Made by a program: the position numbers and the translations under genes. The notes under the pieces were generated by a model. It was not told the origin of the DNA. It ran no database searches and saw only the letters and a program-made list of their open reading frames with translations. A stretch of 64,000 nucleotides of DNA from Setoptus koraiensis (Eukaryota; Animalia; Arthropoda): assembly GCA_048013815.1 (NCBI GenBank), contig CM106586.1, positions 3,224,001-3,288,000 on the forward strand. The letters run 5' to 3'. Shown here piece after piece: positions 33,101 to 48,400 of this stretch; the first letter of the stretch is position 1, and each line of letters starts with the position of its first letter.

Positions 33101-36100
33101 CAAAGCTAGTCAGCAACAACAACAACAACTAGGTGGTGTCTCCTCGACAAAATCCAATCCAAATGATATAATTGATTATATTGGCTCTAGACAGGCCAGA
33201 TCAGCGAAACTGAGTCCGCCCAAACTCATATCATCTGACAAGCCAGATAAATCCCGACATCATAAAGTTGATAGCAGTGTAATAAATGATTATTCTAGTA
33301 GCAAAAAAACTAGTAGTCATGCCAAAATCAATCCAATAGATCTCACGCTACAAAGGAGCAAATCGTTTGTGGCAAGAGCAATAGGTGGTGGACAACAAAG
33401 GACACTAATCAGATATTCAGAAGCCGATACCTTGCCAAGGCAACGGCCATCGGTCAGAGTGAGGGCACCAGTTTTGCGCAACGAACCCACTGTTCAATTG
33501 CTTAAGAGATCCTCATCGTTTGTAGGTCGCTCTATTTCAGATAAGCAATACAATAAATTTGGTACTCCATTTATTAGTCAAGCAGCTACAAATGCAGCAC
33601 TCGCCACTAATCAATCAGCACAAAAACATATCAAATCAATTGCTCCAGATAGTGCACATAATTCACTGAACAAGAATAAATCAAATGAAATCGAAACCAC
33701 TTCTAGTCAAAACAGATACACTAATAATTACATAAACAATCGTGCTAAAAGTCAACACTATCCAACGCAGAGCAATGAACGTCAAGACAACAATCAAACA
33801 ACAAAAGCTGCCCTGTCCCTCGTCAGACCTAATCAAGAGAATTCATCCTCGTCGTTATCTGACTCCTCCAACGCATCATATTCATATTCGTTAATAAAAA
33901 CAATTCACAGCCATATAAGACCTGCTGAAAGTTCTATTATTCCTTTATCGGTTTCAAGCGAATGCGAAACCAATGATTATTATAATTCCACTACAGAAAG
34001 TGACGGCATCAACGAGTTCAAGTTAAACAATTTACAATACAATAGGCAACAAAATATTCCTTCTGTCACCAAATGTGATTGCAAAAAGCGAAGTGATTGC
34101 AAGCATAAATATACAACATTATACAATAAAAGTTATACTCCGTTCAATCGTTGGAAATTAAGTCAAGATCCAAGTATAGTAGACTTGACAAGTCCATCAA
34201 AGAACTCAGCTGAGCCTGATAGTAACTCGGATAGTCTTGATGAACAAAATTATAGTCATCACGCACAATTATTTGCATATCACAACCATTCATTGAATTC
34301 ATTCCGGAAATGGTATTACCATTTACATCAAACATATCGTAAACGAATGGAGTATGATCAAAAATCATTCGAGGATTGGTATCGACGACGAGGCAATCCC
34401 GTCCAACTTTTACAATTGGATCATGCCGATAGGGTCGTGATTAGAATCGCCGGTAAGTAACATTGAGTTCACAGTGTTGAGAGTCGTGTAACTATTTCTA
34501 TTTATTCACCGTGAAGAGTTTAATCAATTGTGTGTGACTCGCGATAAGATTAGAGACTGTATTCCAAGTTACCTTGATCTCTGATGAAACAATTTTACCA
34601 ATCAGATACTTGCCGTGAGAACATTAGTGACATTGTGCCTTAAATGATCGAATCATTGGCTTTAGTTGGTGGGGGTGTCATTAATTCTGTAATCCCACTG
34701 TTTTTACTCCATTGTCTTTTGATAACATCTGCTTGTTCACAATTATCAATAGGCTTTTATTTATATTTGCCTCTTCACACACACATACAAACAGTCTAGT
34801 GATCCGATGAAAAGTAATGAAATTATCATAGTGTCTATGATGAAAAGTAATATAAATGTATATAGTATAATATTATATCCATCATATTTTTTTTTTTACA
34901 AACGAGACTCGTCAAAATGAAATCCAGCCCTAAAGTGAGCCACTGCAGAAAGAGTGACGTCACATTGTTATTGACGTGTACATGAAGTACACAAGTGGTT
35001 CTAACCTCATAGGCATAAAGTTATATGCACTGACTTACTCTGACAGATTAGCTCCATCTTTCCTGTCTATCTTAGAAGTACTAATACAGGCCATGGCCTT
35101 TGTCATGATAATCGAGTGCTTATTTTACAAGCTTACCATTCGATGACAATGTTATCGTTGTTTCTTTCAATCCGTTGCTCGCTAGCAACACATGATTCAT
35201 ATTACAAGAGAGAGTTGCCTCTATGTTGCAACGAGCTCATACAGTCCATCTACAATCATACATTGTACAATGTTGGAAAGTTTAGTTTTTGCACAAAGAT
35301 TAGAAGATTGTTGTTTTGTTTTAGAAAATTTCAATACAAACAAATACACCACATAATGATGATTGTTTGTTCTTTTTGTCAGATGGCAAACAAACCAAGT
35401 TAGCTCGTTCGCAAACCAGAGAGTATTGTTGGTCCTCTCTTTTTCCTGTAGAGATATGAAGTTAAGGTTAGTTGTTATGTTATCCATCTGCTAATGGCAA
35501 TTCTGTTGTCATGGATTTTTGTTGCTTTTATTTCACTTACTTGCTAATATTAATTAGTAGCTTGTAAGTTGCAACAAAATGACGATCTTTCAGCGAGTGC
35601 AAAACTTTGACAAGCAACATATTTTTAGTTACTTCATGGTTTTTGTTTTAGATTAACAGCCTGACAAATTGGACTAGTAAACATTCGGTCTGGTAGTAAA
35701 TAGATTAGGGCATCAATTATGATTACTATCATATTTTTGCTGTCAGAATGTCAATTCCTACACACCCATGTGTAGCGACATGTGCATCTTAATGTTTTCA
35801 ACTAACATTTTTTAACATGTTGTTTGAATTCTTCTTCATTCACTCTATCCATCGTGGAAACTAGTGACTCATCATTGGCAGGTGCCAAGTCCATCAAGTG
35901 AATTACTCATATCTCCCGAAAGTGTTGATTGTTTATTCGTTCAATGCATGTGCTGTTGTATAACAATTGTATATATAAATATAATAATATCATCTATCTT
36001 CTCTTGAACTAAAAAACACCTGTCGTATGTAATAATGGACATGGTGAATGAATGAGTTTTGTTTATTCAAACAACTACTACTTGACTTTTCTGTTTTCAA

Positions 36101-39100
36101 TGAACTTGGACTGGTTGTTGCAGGTCCGCTCGTCCTGGCCATACAAAAGCGGTCTAACGGTAATTTCGTTAGACTATTACCGAAACAGCAATGGAATTTC
36201 CATTATGGAAGGAAGGATTTGAATATTGGGACAATAGAAGGAGTAGAATTGAATGTTGATAGATTAAATGAGTTTACATCCGCCGTAGTCTATCATCAAT
36301 TAGACTGCTGCATGTTTGTCGGATGATGGTAGCGTTTGGGTGCATGCCGATGTATTTAGCTGTGTGGAGTCATGTTATAGACATTAGTGGCAGACTAGAC
36401 TCGAATTGTCGATTTGTTTTACTTGTTTTCTGTTAGTTGATTACTATCAGATTGCTGAGCCGAGCAACTAAATCAACAATAAATTAGTGATGGCAACTTG
36501 TTGCTATAACCGTATCTTAAAAAAAAGAGCTGCTGCTGCATGATACGGGTATAATACTGTGTGTGTATGTTATTCGGTATTCTATTACTGTTTTTGTTTC
36601 AACTATTTCAATATACATACAAAATTCGCCTAAATATTATCTTGGTAAATATAATATATTACAGTTATAATTGGTAGCCTGATCTTTAACATATAGAGCC
36701 TGTTTGCTCAGACGCATTGGCCTCTATACTGTGTAGAGTCTACACTGTAGACTACACAGGTCTGTCTGTGTATGTACATTGCGCACCATCAAACATTGGC
36801 ATTTGTTTTAGTTCAATCACTAGTGCAGATGGAACTGTGATTTTCAGTTCAATGTACACAGTACATCTATAGGCATTATAGACTGCAGCCAACTAGCAGT
36901 GCCACGGATTGCGATGCATGGTTGCTAGACGGCTTTGTTCGGCCGTGAGCACCATGAGTGATTTGGCGAGGGAGAGAGAGGCAAAGCTAAAGGTAATGGC
37001 TGTTGTTGGTTAGTGACCGTGGGGGTAGCAAAACGAAACGAAGGTTGCAGGCATCGCTCGTATCATACGAGTCGCGTATATCATGTATTATATGATGTTT
37101 CCCCTGATCAATTTTTGTTGGTTTTGGCTGCCATCTGAAGCTATGATGCATGCGTGTGTAACAACTGGCGCAGATCGTTCGCCACTAACATCATGTCTGC
37201 CTATTGCACTCTATTGAGTTTCGGCTGGTGGTGGCTCAAGTGGCTCATAAACTAATGCTGCCTCTCGGCGGATTATTTACAGCGCGTATATGTTACCGAA
37301 TCATCAGCATGAGACTCTCTAATCACTAGAGTGTAATGGCTCTCTCTCTCTCATTTAGGCACACTCTTGCAATGTTCACAAAGTGGAAGCGAAGTGCAGC
37401 TCTCAATCGTGTGTTGCCATTACCGACTAGTTGCTGTTGCAAATTGAGTCACACCATTTGAGTTTGAGTGTGTGCGAGTGCGCGTGAGTAATGGCAGCGT
37501 TGCACGAGTTGGCCATCTTGAATCTCGTGTCTAAGAATTGGTTCGGCGTGAAAAAGTTCTATCCGGTCCGCAAAGTGTTGTTGATTCGATGAGCATTTCA
37601 TCATTTGTGTATCGTTCAAGTGAGCAGTGAAAGTTTGTCGTGCCGTGTCGAACAATTAACCTAGAGCGCGCGCGCACAGGATTGATCAAGAAAAGTTCTA
37701 TTTTCGTGTGTGTGTGTGCTTGTGTGTCCCATCACAACGTGTGTGTGCAGGCACTCGGTCACAGCCATTCCATCAATTATGTGAGCGTTCCAATTAGCCC
37801 CTGTTATATATTATACAGTTCGCTCGAAATCAATTCAGCGCAGCACACCAAGCCGAAACAGTTCAATTTTGTTAATTTGCCTACCGGCATCATCGCAACA
37901 ACAGTAGACGTCCCAGTAACTCGCTCATTATCCGGATATTACCCAATATGCCGACAGTATTAGATAGAGAAAGCATTGCCAAACAGTCAGACAGTATTTA
38001 TTGAATTGTGGTGCAAGTATCAATGAGATGTAGTTAGATATACAAGTCACAACAAACAATGGCCACTTGATGAGAGCACCGCCGTCCTCTTTGATCGCTC
38101 TAACAGCAACTGATAGCATTAATAGTAATAGTAATAATAATAACAATAACACGACATTAGAATGACGCAACGAAAGCACAGAGATATTATCATTAAACCA
38201 GTTGCAGTGATACACAAACAAGCATTGAGCCAGCTCACACACACACATACATTGGCGCATATCAGATAACCGAAGGATCTTGTCTTGCGACCAAACAAAA
38301 TATTCCACTATTACCATTGCAGTTTCATTAACTATTCATTAGTCGCCGCTATCATCAATAGCCAAGCAAGGCTTGGCACACAACAAATATAACAGTTAGC
38401 TAACAGTTAGTTTTGACTCTCGCATGCCATCGATAGCTATCAGTCAGTTAGTTTAGCTTGCCTGCGTGCTATCCCAGTTACAACTGTAACAGCCAGCACC
38501 ACCTTGACCACACTTATAACACACGCACACACAATACTGAATGAAAAACAAATGATGTGGATAGATTAATTGAGACGACGGAAGCACCGAGCAGCTTCAC
38601 ACGACGATAACAATACCAACAACAACAACAATAGCAATGCCGCTAGTCGCTTTTATCAACGACCACCAGTGTTATAATGGTGATAATTAATTTAGCACAC
38701 GCACACACTTATTTCAGTCATTCACAATATATATGATTGCTATTGTTGTTCGTTAGCCTGCAATGCATGACACTATTCTACAGTTTCAGCAAACAGTTTC
38801 AGCTGATATATCAATTGACACCACTTGTTGATGAAACACACACACACACACGCACACATATACACATGCCATCATCAGTATAAACCCAGTCGACTATAGA
38901 CTCTACTATGGTATAGAGAATACGCACGACCAACCACCACACATCAATCAATGCTATATCAACCACTAAAATTGTCATCATTGTTTTTGTCGCTGCCACT
39001 AGTGTTAGACGAAATCCGGCGTTCATCTACGCCAATTGTTATCATATGTTTTAAGCCACCATTTATAAACAATACCATTGATATTTTATTATTTCAAAAT

Positions 39101-42100
39101 AGCCAGTTATTATTGTTATTTTAAATTCAAGCAGTATGAGTTCCATCGCCGTTGATAGTGTAGATTCCAGTTTGACTCAATATGAAATTTGCCTCAAAGA
39201 GTACAAAGGTTTGTTTTTATGTGTTTAAACTTATTCTAAGTCACATGATCGTGCATACAATTTCAAAATAACTTGCACTATCAATGCTATAACTAGCGTA
39301 CCATGTTGAATAAGTGCTCTTGTTACAGGAAATATAACAAATACTGAAGAGCAAGCAGGAAACCACGAGAGAGAAAGAGACCCTGATGAAAGAAAAAAAG
39401 TCGTTCTAAATATAATACCAAATTTATGAAACTCGTTAATCTAACCAATTCATTCTCTTCAATTCTTGACCCTTGCCGTTGTAAAACAACATAGATGAAC
39501 GAGATGCCATCCAAAAGAAAACTTTCACCAAATGGATCAACAAGTATTTAGTCAAGTCGGGACGTAAAGTCAACGATCTTTTCCAGGACCTACGCGATGG
39601 CCAACATCTCATTTCACTATTGGAGTTACTCTCTGGTAGTATGCTACCACGAGAACGAGGCCGGATGCGAGTTCACATGCTTCAAAACGTCCAAATAGCG
39701 CTGAATTATATCAAATTTAGAAAGGTAATTAGCGAAAGTTCATGAATGAATGATGATTCAGGATTGCCTTGACTGACTACTGTAATATTTACTGAACATG
39801 TATCATTTTTTGGAAAAGAGTTTTTCTACTTATTCAACAATGATATTCTGATGTTAGGTGCTACTGTTATTCGTCTAAGCTATCCAACTGTAACCGACAG
39901 TTGTTTCTGTCCAGTTATTCATGCATAGAAACAGGTTATCAGAATAGACCGTCTATCGGACGTCTCTATTTATCTAGTTGGCATAAAAGCTGACAGTATC
40001 AGGCAACTATGATGAATTAATAACTTACATTACAATAACCTTCATGAACGGCATGCACCAAGATAATACATGTGATGCTAGTTCATGCATGTTAGTCTAG
40101 TCAGCTGCTCCACAATGATTACAATCTTTCTGGCGCCATCTCGTGCAATCATCAGAAATCAAAAATTTGTTTGATAACTTTTCCTTGTCTTATCAATCGC
40201 TAGGTAGCGTCGTCTGTCAATAATTGCCGAATCCGCTACATGAGATAACGGTTATTGGTAAAATAAACGTATAGATGACAAGAGAAAATCATATAACATC
40301 ACGATCTTACTCCCACGCATTGTTGATAAGCAAGTGAAACTCATACATGTATTTGTGGTCAAAGCCAGTTAGTCGATTGATAGATTAACCTTGAATAGGC
40401 CAGACAGTACCCGAAAAAATCCACTAAATGCATCTACGTTTCACATCTCTTCTGATACTATGTTTCTAGCAGACGGGCGACAATGAAGCATGCACCACTT
40501 TTGTTATTAACACTTTAACAATTAAACATTTTCAAAACTTTCCCTTCTTTCTTCTTGCTGGCAACAGGTTAAATTAGTTAACATCAGACCAGAAGACATA
40601 GTTGACGGAAACCAAAAACTCACACTAGGCTTAATATGGACCATAATCTTGCATTTTCAGGTAAGTAACAACTATCTCTATTGCTTAGTTTTTGTTCAAT
40701 TTGTTGGCAACTTACCTACTATCTTGACGTTACCATGACGAGAGAAAGTTTTAGAGATATTCTATACAAATACTCAAGTTAGCTCCAATATTCACCTGTC
40801 CCAACTCGTGCGATCACAGTTTGGTGCTTATGGATAAATGTCTAAGCGTCTTTTGTTTTAACAACTTGAGCCGATATTTATGATTTGTTTGTGCTCGAAA
40901 TGTTTTCGCCACCATCTTAGGTGGTTGATCTAGGTCCATAATTGGTCACGTCAGATATAACATCAAGGTGTTTAAATTAACCTAGTCTTACTGCCGATAG
41001 CTCATGTTATGCCATAATAATAGTGTAGTGTTAGTTATCAGATGAGTCGATAGCTAGACTCACTTGTGAGCTTTGCCTTGCGTAATCAGAACGCCAACAC
41101 ATGTCCTGTCACTGACTTCAGCTGAAGTTCAAAAGACCATAGCTCAAAAGCTCGTTCAGATGTCTAACATATGCCTGTTTACAAAAGAAGTGGGCGTATG
41201 ATTGCATTGATAACCAAGTTCGAAACTGTGAATCCATTCAAACTTTGTCGCACTCAGTTTATAACTGTAAGCACACATATCTGTTAGTTGGTCGTCTCAT
41301 TTATCCACTACGAGCTTTGTGATGGAGTGGTGGCCGAATAGTAGGTACAGCCGTGAGATGAATACCTCGTTCAAAAATCGAACAATTAAACAAAAAATTT
41401 ATGTTTAGTGTTCAGAAACAGAGAAAGCTGAACCTATCGACAAGGAATTACCATGAATCTACCAAAGCGATGACTTAGTACTAATCAGATATGTGATATC
41501 AGACTCTAAAGTGCGCTGTCTATTACTTTCTCACAACGTTAGACCCATCCTCTACAAATTGAGACACAAATTTGTTGAGGCAAGAGCCATTCGCGTTATG
41601 TATGTACCTGTACTTGTTACGCGTTGCACAATTTCGACATGCATAGTAAATACATTCGGACGGAGTAATGCCACAAGTTGAACGGTATAAAGTACCATAC
41701 AAATCTAACACACTTTTTAATCATGACACCTTCTAGTTGGAGCAATATTTTCATTGTTATATATCGTTCAATATTATTGTGAGTCCTGTGTTATAAATCA
41801 TGATGTTTTCGCAGAAAGTAGGGCCTTTTCTAGTTTTAGATTGTGTTCACGATGGTTAAAACAAAGAAACACTTTAGGGCACTTGGTTATATTGCTTTCT
41901 GTTTATTTTTCAAAGCTCTGTTATTATTATTATATAACTAAAATTGCTTTTGTTGCCCTAAAATCTGGAATTGTCAAAAGCGTTAAGAGAGACTGTCTAG
42001 TAAGGGAAAAAGACTGTGAGCGAAAATAAGAGAGAATGAAAGGGGGTATCGCAATCAACTATAATAACTAACTAATTTACAACAATGAGATAGCGCTGGC

Positions 42101-42358
42101 CAATGGACCAGCTCATCGATTAAACGATTGCGTGGTTGAGATGGAGTCGTTTCGCATTCGTTGTTATTAGTGGCGTTAGTGGCTACATAGCAGCTGAAGA
42201 TACCATCACAGTTCTAATGGGTTGATATTACTACTACTCCAACTGTATTTGAACTATCCAAACCCGACTAGAAACGAACCAACAAGTTATTTCAGCTTAA
42301 CATACAGACATTCTAGTCAGGATGTTAACTTAAGCTTGTTTCGTTTGTTAGGCGTGCA

Positions 42359-42419
<61 letters not shown>

Positions 42420-45400
42420 TTACGAATCGGATTGGGACGCCTATTATGCATTTGCAAGTTTTGGCTCATGGTGTGCATTTTTTACCTGTGTTTTTGTATA
42501 ACCTGTATGAAAGAGAAGCTCACCTGTGCTGAAGTTGTATGTGCTATAGTGTGAATGTAGTGGCCAGTTGTGGCGATTGGTCGTGTCGGGCATATTTTGT
42601 ACACATGCACAATCTGCTCACACCACATCACGGCCATAGCAAGGAACGATTAAAGAAGAAGTTGCTAAATAGAACACGATACACGTATCAGTTATTTGTT
42701 GTTGTTGTTTCATGTCGGCTGTTATGTACATTCACTAATCACGAGAAAAAAAAAACAGTACAAAATGTGAAAATCACAAGCAAGATCTTTGCAAAATTTG
42801 TATTCCATTTCTAGTTCAGTGAATGTATAGTAAACATATACAGAATTCACCGCGAGGAGTGGATTCTATTTTCTATTTAAAATAAGCTGTTCTTCTGCAA
42901 GTGCCGTTTGTTAACATCAAGTGCCATCACCACCTATTTTAAATTATCATGTATTCATTTGAACGCGGATCGCGCCTCTACATGAGGGGCGTCCGAGAAG
43001 GAACAAATAGTCCGCGCAGTGCAATAGAGTCCATCGCTAGTCAAACTCCATCAAATAAAGCCACAAGTTCTGAACGTCTTAGTAGAAAAAACCGATCACA
43101 ATCTAACAACGTTGTAGAAAATAGTGGTCACAAGGCAGAATATCGTAATGTCAACAATTTGCAATCTCCGGACTCTATCGAAGATGACAGAGCCGGCAAA
43201 ACCAAAACGCAAATGGCTCAGGCCTTCCAAGAGTCTCAAGAGTTGTACAGAACTTCTCAAGAACGAGCGGGCTTGAAAATTGTCAAGACGCGACGTATAG
43301 TCAAAAAAACTACGACCATAACTCGAGGTGAAAATGAGAAGATGGTATGTTCTATTGTTCATTTTGTGGTATCTCCTTGTATCTTGTTTTCAGTTGTTTG
43401 CGTCCTATATTATGTTTGTGTCATCTATTTGTTGCATTTGTGTGTTTCCTTTAAAATTGTCTCTTTTGATTCGATAGTGCAATTCCAATGAACAAGATAC
43501 ATTAATTATAATTTTTTTTCTCCTCTGTACACGAAAACGCAAATATACAGCTTTCTGATCTAGTTCAAACAGATGATAATTCCAGCTTTCGTGAGGCCTT
43601 ATTGAGATGGGCCCAAAAAACTAGCGAGGGATATCCCGGCGTAAAAGTGACCGACTTGACTTCAAGCTGGCGTGATGGTCTTGCATTCAACTCGATAATA
43701 CATCGTAATCGACCCGACCTGATCGACTATAGAGCATGCCGGGATCACACAGCCAGAGAGAATTTGGAACGCGCATTTCACATTGCGGAACGGGATCTGG
43801 GTGTTACACGCCTTTTAGATCCCGAGGACGTCGATGTACCACAACCAGATGAGAAATCTATGATAACCTACTTAGCCCAACTTTATGAACTATATCCAGA
43901 CCCGCCAACTCATAATCCCCTATTAGATGAAGAAAAGATCAGACGCATTGATGAATACAAAGAGCTTGCTAGCCGGTTACTGACATGGATCAAGGAATCT
44001 ACGATCAAACTTGAAGACAATCGTTTCTCCCATACAATCCAGGAATTGAAAGTTATGAAACAAGATAATGAACGTTTCAGAACCGACGAACTGCCACCAA
44101 AATTGCATGACAAACAACGACTGGCCAATGCCTCCAGAGATATAAATAAAATGGCACAAGATTTGCACGTACGTATAGATAGTGAGTTACATGTCGATAA
44201 TATCGAATATCATTGGCAACGAATGATAACTGCCCATCAGGTAAGATCGCAAGCATTGAGCGATGAACTGATCAGGATGGAAAGACACAAAACGCTCCTC
44301 GACAAATGGATGCAAAACTATAGTGTTAAATTGGATAATATTCATAAAGAACTAGCGGATCATGAAGGTCAATCCGCAAGAATGCAGCCACCCGCTCGAG
44401 ATATTATCGGTGTTAAGAAACAGCAGGCTGATCTGAAGGAGTTAAAGAGTAAACTCATCAAAACAAGAAGAAACCTTGACGACTTGAAAACATTGTGCGA
44501 GGATGCATTCCAACAGAAATTAGTGGAACGTCCTGAAGACTTTCGTGATAATTTAGTAGATTGTCAAGCTGGATTGGAGAACATTGAAGAAGTTTTCAGC
44601 CGGAGAGAAAGCGAATTGCTATGTGCTATCAACGATCTCGAGGACTTAGCTGATAAAAGAAGAAGAGATATCATGGCATGTAATGACAACATTATAGAAC
44701 TTTCTAATTGGCTGAGCGAAGTAGACCAAGTTTTGACAACTTCAAAACCTGTTGGTGGATTACCCGAAACAGCAAGGGAACAGTTAGACAGATACTTGGA
44801 GTTCCATGATGAAATTGAGAATAACAAATCAAGAGTGGGAGCAACTCTGAAAAGGGCTGAGGATCTGGAAAAGAAATTTCCTGATGATTGTATGATTCTA
44901 AAATCTAATTCAGCGACATTAAAACAACGTCTGGACGAGCTTATCCAAAAGTCGCAGGATCGGAAGATGAAGTTGGAAATCGCATTGCGTGAAGCCACAG
45001 AATTTAATGATGCACTGCAAAACTCTGTGGACTGGTTAGCCACTGCTGAGAAATATTTTGCAAATATAGAGCCTGTTAGTCGTGTTGAAGAGCGGGTGCT
45101 GAAGCAGCTGAGTGACCATCAAGAGTTCCAAAAAGAAATCACTAACCATAGAGAAGATATGGTTGATCTTCATAAGAAGAGTGCTCACTTGAGATACTCT
45201 TCTCAGAAGCAAGATGTCAATTTGATTAAGAATCTGTCCATGAATGTACAAAATAGATGGGAGCGTATCTTAGCTAAAGCCGCTGAAAGAACCCGTGATC
45301 TCGAGTTGGGTAACAAAGAGGCCAAAGAGTTCGGTGAAGCCTGGCATAAGTTGATGCAATGGTTGGAAGATGCACAAAATGAGTTAGAGGATCTAACCAA

Positions 45401-48400
45401 TGGGATACCTGGTAATAATCCAGAGAGAATCAAACAGCTTCTCACGAGACACAAAGAATACCAGCGTGCACTCGGATCAAAACAGTCTAACTATGATACT
45501 GTCATTAGAATCGGAAGAATTCTGAAAGAAAAAGCACCTCGTCAAGACGGTCCAAATCTTCAGAATATGATCGATCAATTGAAAGAGAAATGGACCACTA
45601 TCTGTACTGAAACCGCGGAAAGGATACGCGCTCTCGAGTTGAGTAAGCAAGAGGCATGTAATGAAGATATAATTGAACTATCTAATTGGCTGAGCGAGGT
45701 AGATCAAGTGTTGACAACTTCACAACCTGTTGGTGGATTACCCGAAACAGCAAGGGAACAGTTAGACAGATACCTAGAGCTCTACGATGAAATTGAGAAT
45801 AACAAATCAAGAGTGGGAGCAACTCTGAAAAGGGCTGAGGATCTGGAAAAGAAATTTCCTGATGATTGTATGATTCTAAAATCTAATTCAGCGACATTAA
45901 AACAACGTCTGGACGAGCTTATCCAAAAGTCGCAGGATCGGAAGATGAAGTTGGAAATCGCATTGCGTGAAGCCACAGAATTTAATGATGCACTGCAAAA
46001 CTCCGTGGACTGGTTAGCCACTGCTGAGAAATATTTTGCAAATATAGAGCCTGTTAGTCGTGTTGAAGAGCGGGTGCTGAAGCAGATGAGTGACCATCAA
46101 GGGTTCCAAAAAGAAATCGCTAACCATAGAGAAGCTATAGCCGATCTTCATAAGAAGAGTACTCACTTGGAATACACCTCTCAAAAGCAAGACATAGTTT
46201 TGATCAAGAATTTGTCCATGAATGTACAGAATAGATGGGAGCGTATCTTAGCTAAAGCAACTGAGAGAACCCGAGCTCTCGAGCTGGGCAATAAAGAAGC
46301 CAAAGAGTTTGGTGAAGCCTGGCATAAGCTGATGCGATGGCTGGAAGATACACAAAACGAGTTTGAAGATCTAACCAATGGAATGGCCGGAAATAATCCA
46401 GAAAGAATCAAACAGCTCCTCACGAGACACAAAGAATACCAGCGTGCACTCGGATCAAAACAGTCTAACTACGATACTGTCATGAGGATGGGACGAATAC
46501 TGAAGGAAAAAGCTCCACGTCAAGATGGTCCATGTCTTCAAGACATGATGGATCAACTACAAGAAAAATGGACCAAGATCTGTACTGAGGCCGCCGAAAG
46601 AACTCATGCTCTCGAGATGGGTGAACAAGATGCATGCAATGAAGATATTCTCGAACTATCTAATTGGCTGAGCGAAGTAGATCAAGTGTTGACAACTTCA
46701 AAACCTGTTGGTGGATTACCCGAAACAGCAAGGGAACAGTTAGACAGATACCTAGAGCTCTACGATGAAATTGAAAACAACAAATCAAGAGTGGAAGCAA
46801 CTCTGAATAGGGCTGAGGATCTGGAAAAGAAATTTCCTGATGATTGCATGGTTCTAAAATCCAATTCAGCGACATTAAAACAACGTTGGGAAGAGCTTAT
46901 CCAAAAGTCGCAGGATCGGAAGATGAAGTTGGAAATCGCATTGCGTGAAGCCACAGAATTTAATGATGCACTGCAAAACTCCGTGGACTGGTTGGCCACT
47001 GCTGAGAAATATTTTGCCTCTCTGGAGCCCGTTAGTCGTGTTGAAGAACGGGTGTTGAAGCAGATAAGTGACTATCAAGAGTTCCAAAAAGATATTAACA
47101 ATCATAGTGAGGATATGGTCGACCTTCTCAAGAAGGGTAATCATTTGAGATATTTTTCCCAGAAGCAAGATGTCGTTCTTATTAAGAATTTGTCCATGAG
47201 TGTACAAAATAGATGGGAGCGTGTCTTAGCTAAAGCCGCTGAAAGAACCCGTGCTCTCGAATTGGGTAACAAAGAGGCCAAAGAGTTCGGTGAAGTCTGG
47301 CAGAAGTTGATGCAATGGTTGGAAGATGCACAAAATGAGTTAGAGGATCTAACCAATGGAATGCCTGGTAATAATCCAGAAAGAATCAAACAGCTTCTCA
47401 TGAGGCACAAAGAATACCAGCGTGCACTCGGATCAAAACAGTCTAACTATGATACTGTCATGAGGATGGGACGAATACTGAAGGAGAAGGCTCCACGTCA
47501 TGATGGCCCAAATCTCCAAGACATGATGGATCGATTGAAAGAGAAATGGAACATCATCTGTGCCAAATCCGTGGACAGGCAACGTTGTCTTGAAGAGGCC
47601 CTTTTGTATAGTGGACAGTTCAAGGATGCTATTCAAGCTTTGATAGATTGGCTTGACAAAGCTAGACAAATGCTTGATTCTAAAGAAAATGTTCACGGCG
47701 ATCTCGATACAGTTACAGCGTTAGTTGACCAAAATGGATCGTTCCAAGAAGATTTTCGGTCCAGAGAAAAAACATTACAGCAAGTCAAACGAACTGCCAA
47801 AGATCTTATGTCTTCAGCATCTGCTGCTGATTCACAGCAAATCGAATCTCAGATGTCCGACGTGGAGAAGAGTTGGGAAGTAATAGAGACTCTGACTATT
47901 GAAAAGACATCACAACTGGAGGAAGCCTTGAAACTCGCGGAACGATTACACAAGTCTGTTCACTCATCATTGGAATGGTTGGCTGATGCTGAAATGAAAC
48001 TAAGATTTGCGGGACCAATGCCAGAGGATGAAGCCTTGACTCAACAAGCAATTTCCGAGCACGAACGATTCATGCGTGAGATGGGAGCACAAGAAATTTT
48101 GAAGGACAACACTATCAAATTGGCCCGTGAGATATTAGCGAAATGTCATCCAGACGCTGAGCCAGTGATTAAACATTGGTTGACGATTATTCAGTCAAGA
48201 TGGGATGAAATCGAGGCTTGGTCCAAACAACGTGGTCAGAGGCTGAGCGATCATCTGAAATCTTTGCAAGATATAATGGAACTAGTCGAAGAATTGATAT
48301 CATGGCTAACAAAGCACGAAACCAGATTGATCAGTGAAGAATCTGAACAACTACCTGAAAGTATTCAAGTTTTGGAGACATTAATGGAGGAGCATCAATC

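Noticed and set aside
41324-41395. tRNA-Ser/Leu-like start GGAGTGGTGGCCGAATAG
   Set aside because: No cloverleaf, no acceptor-stem pairing, poor B-box.
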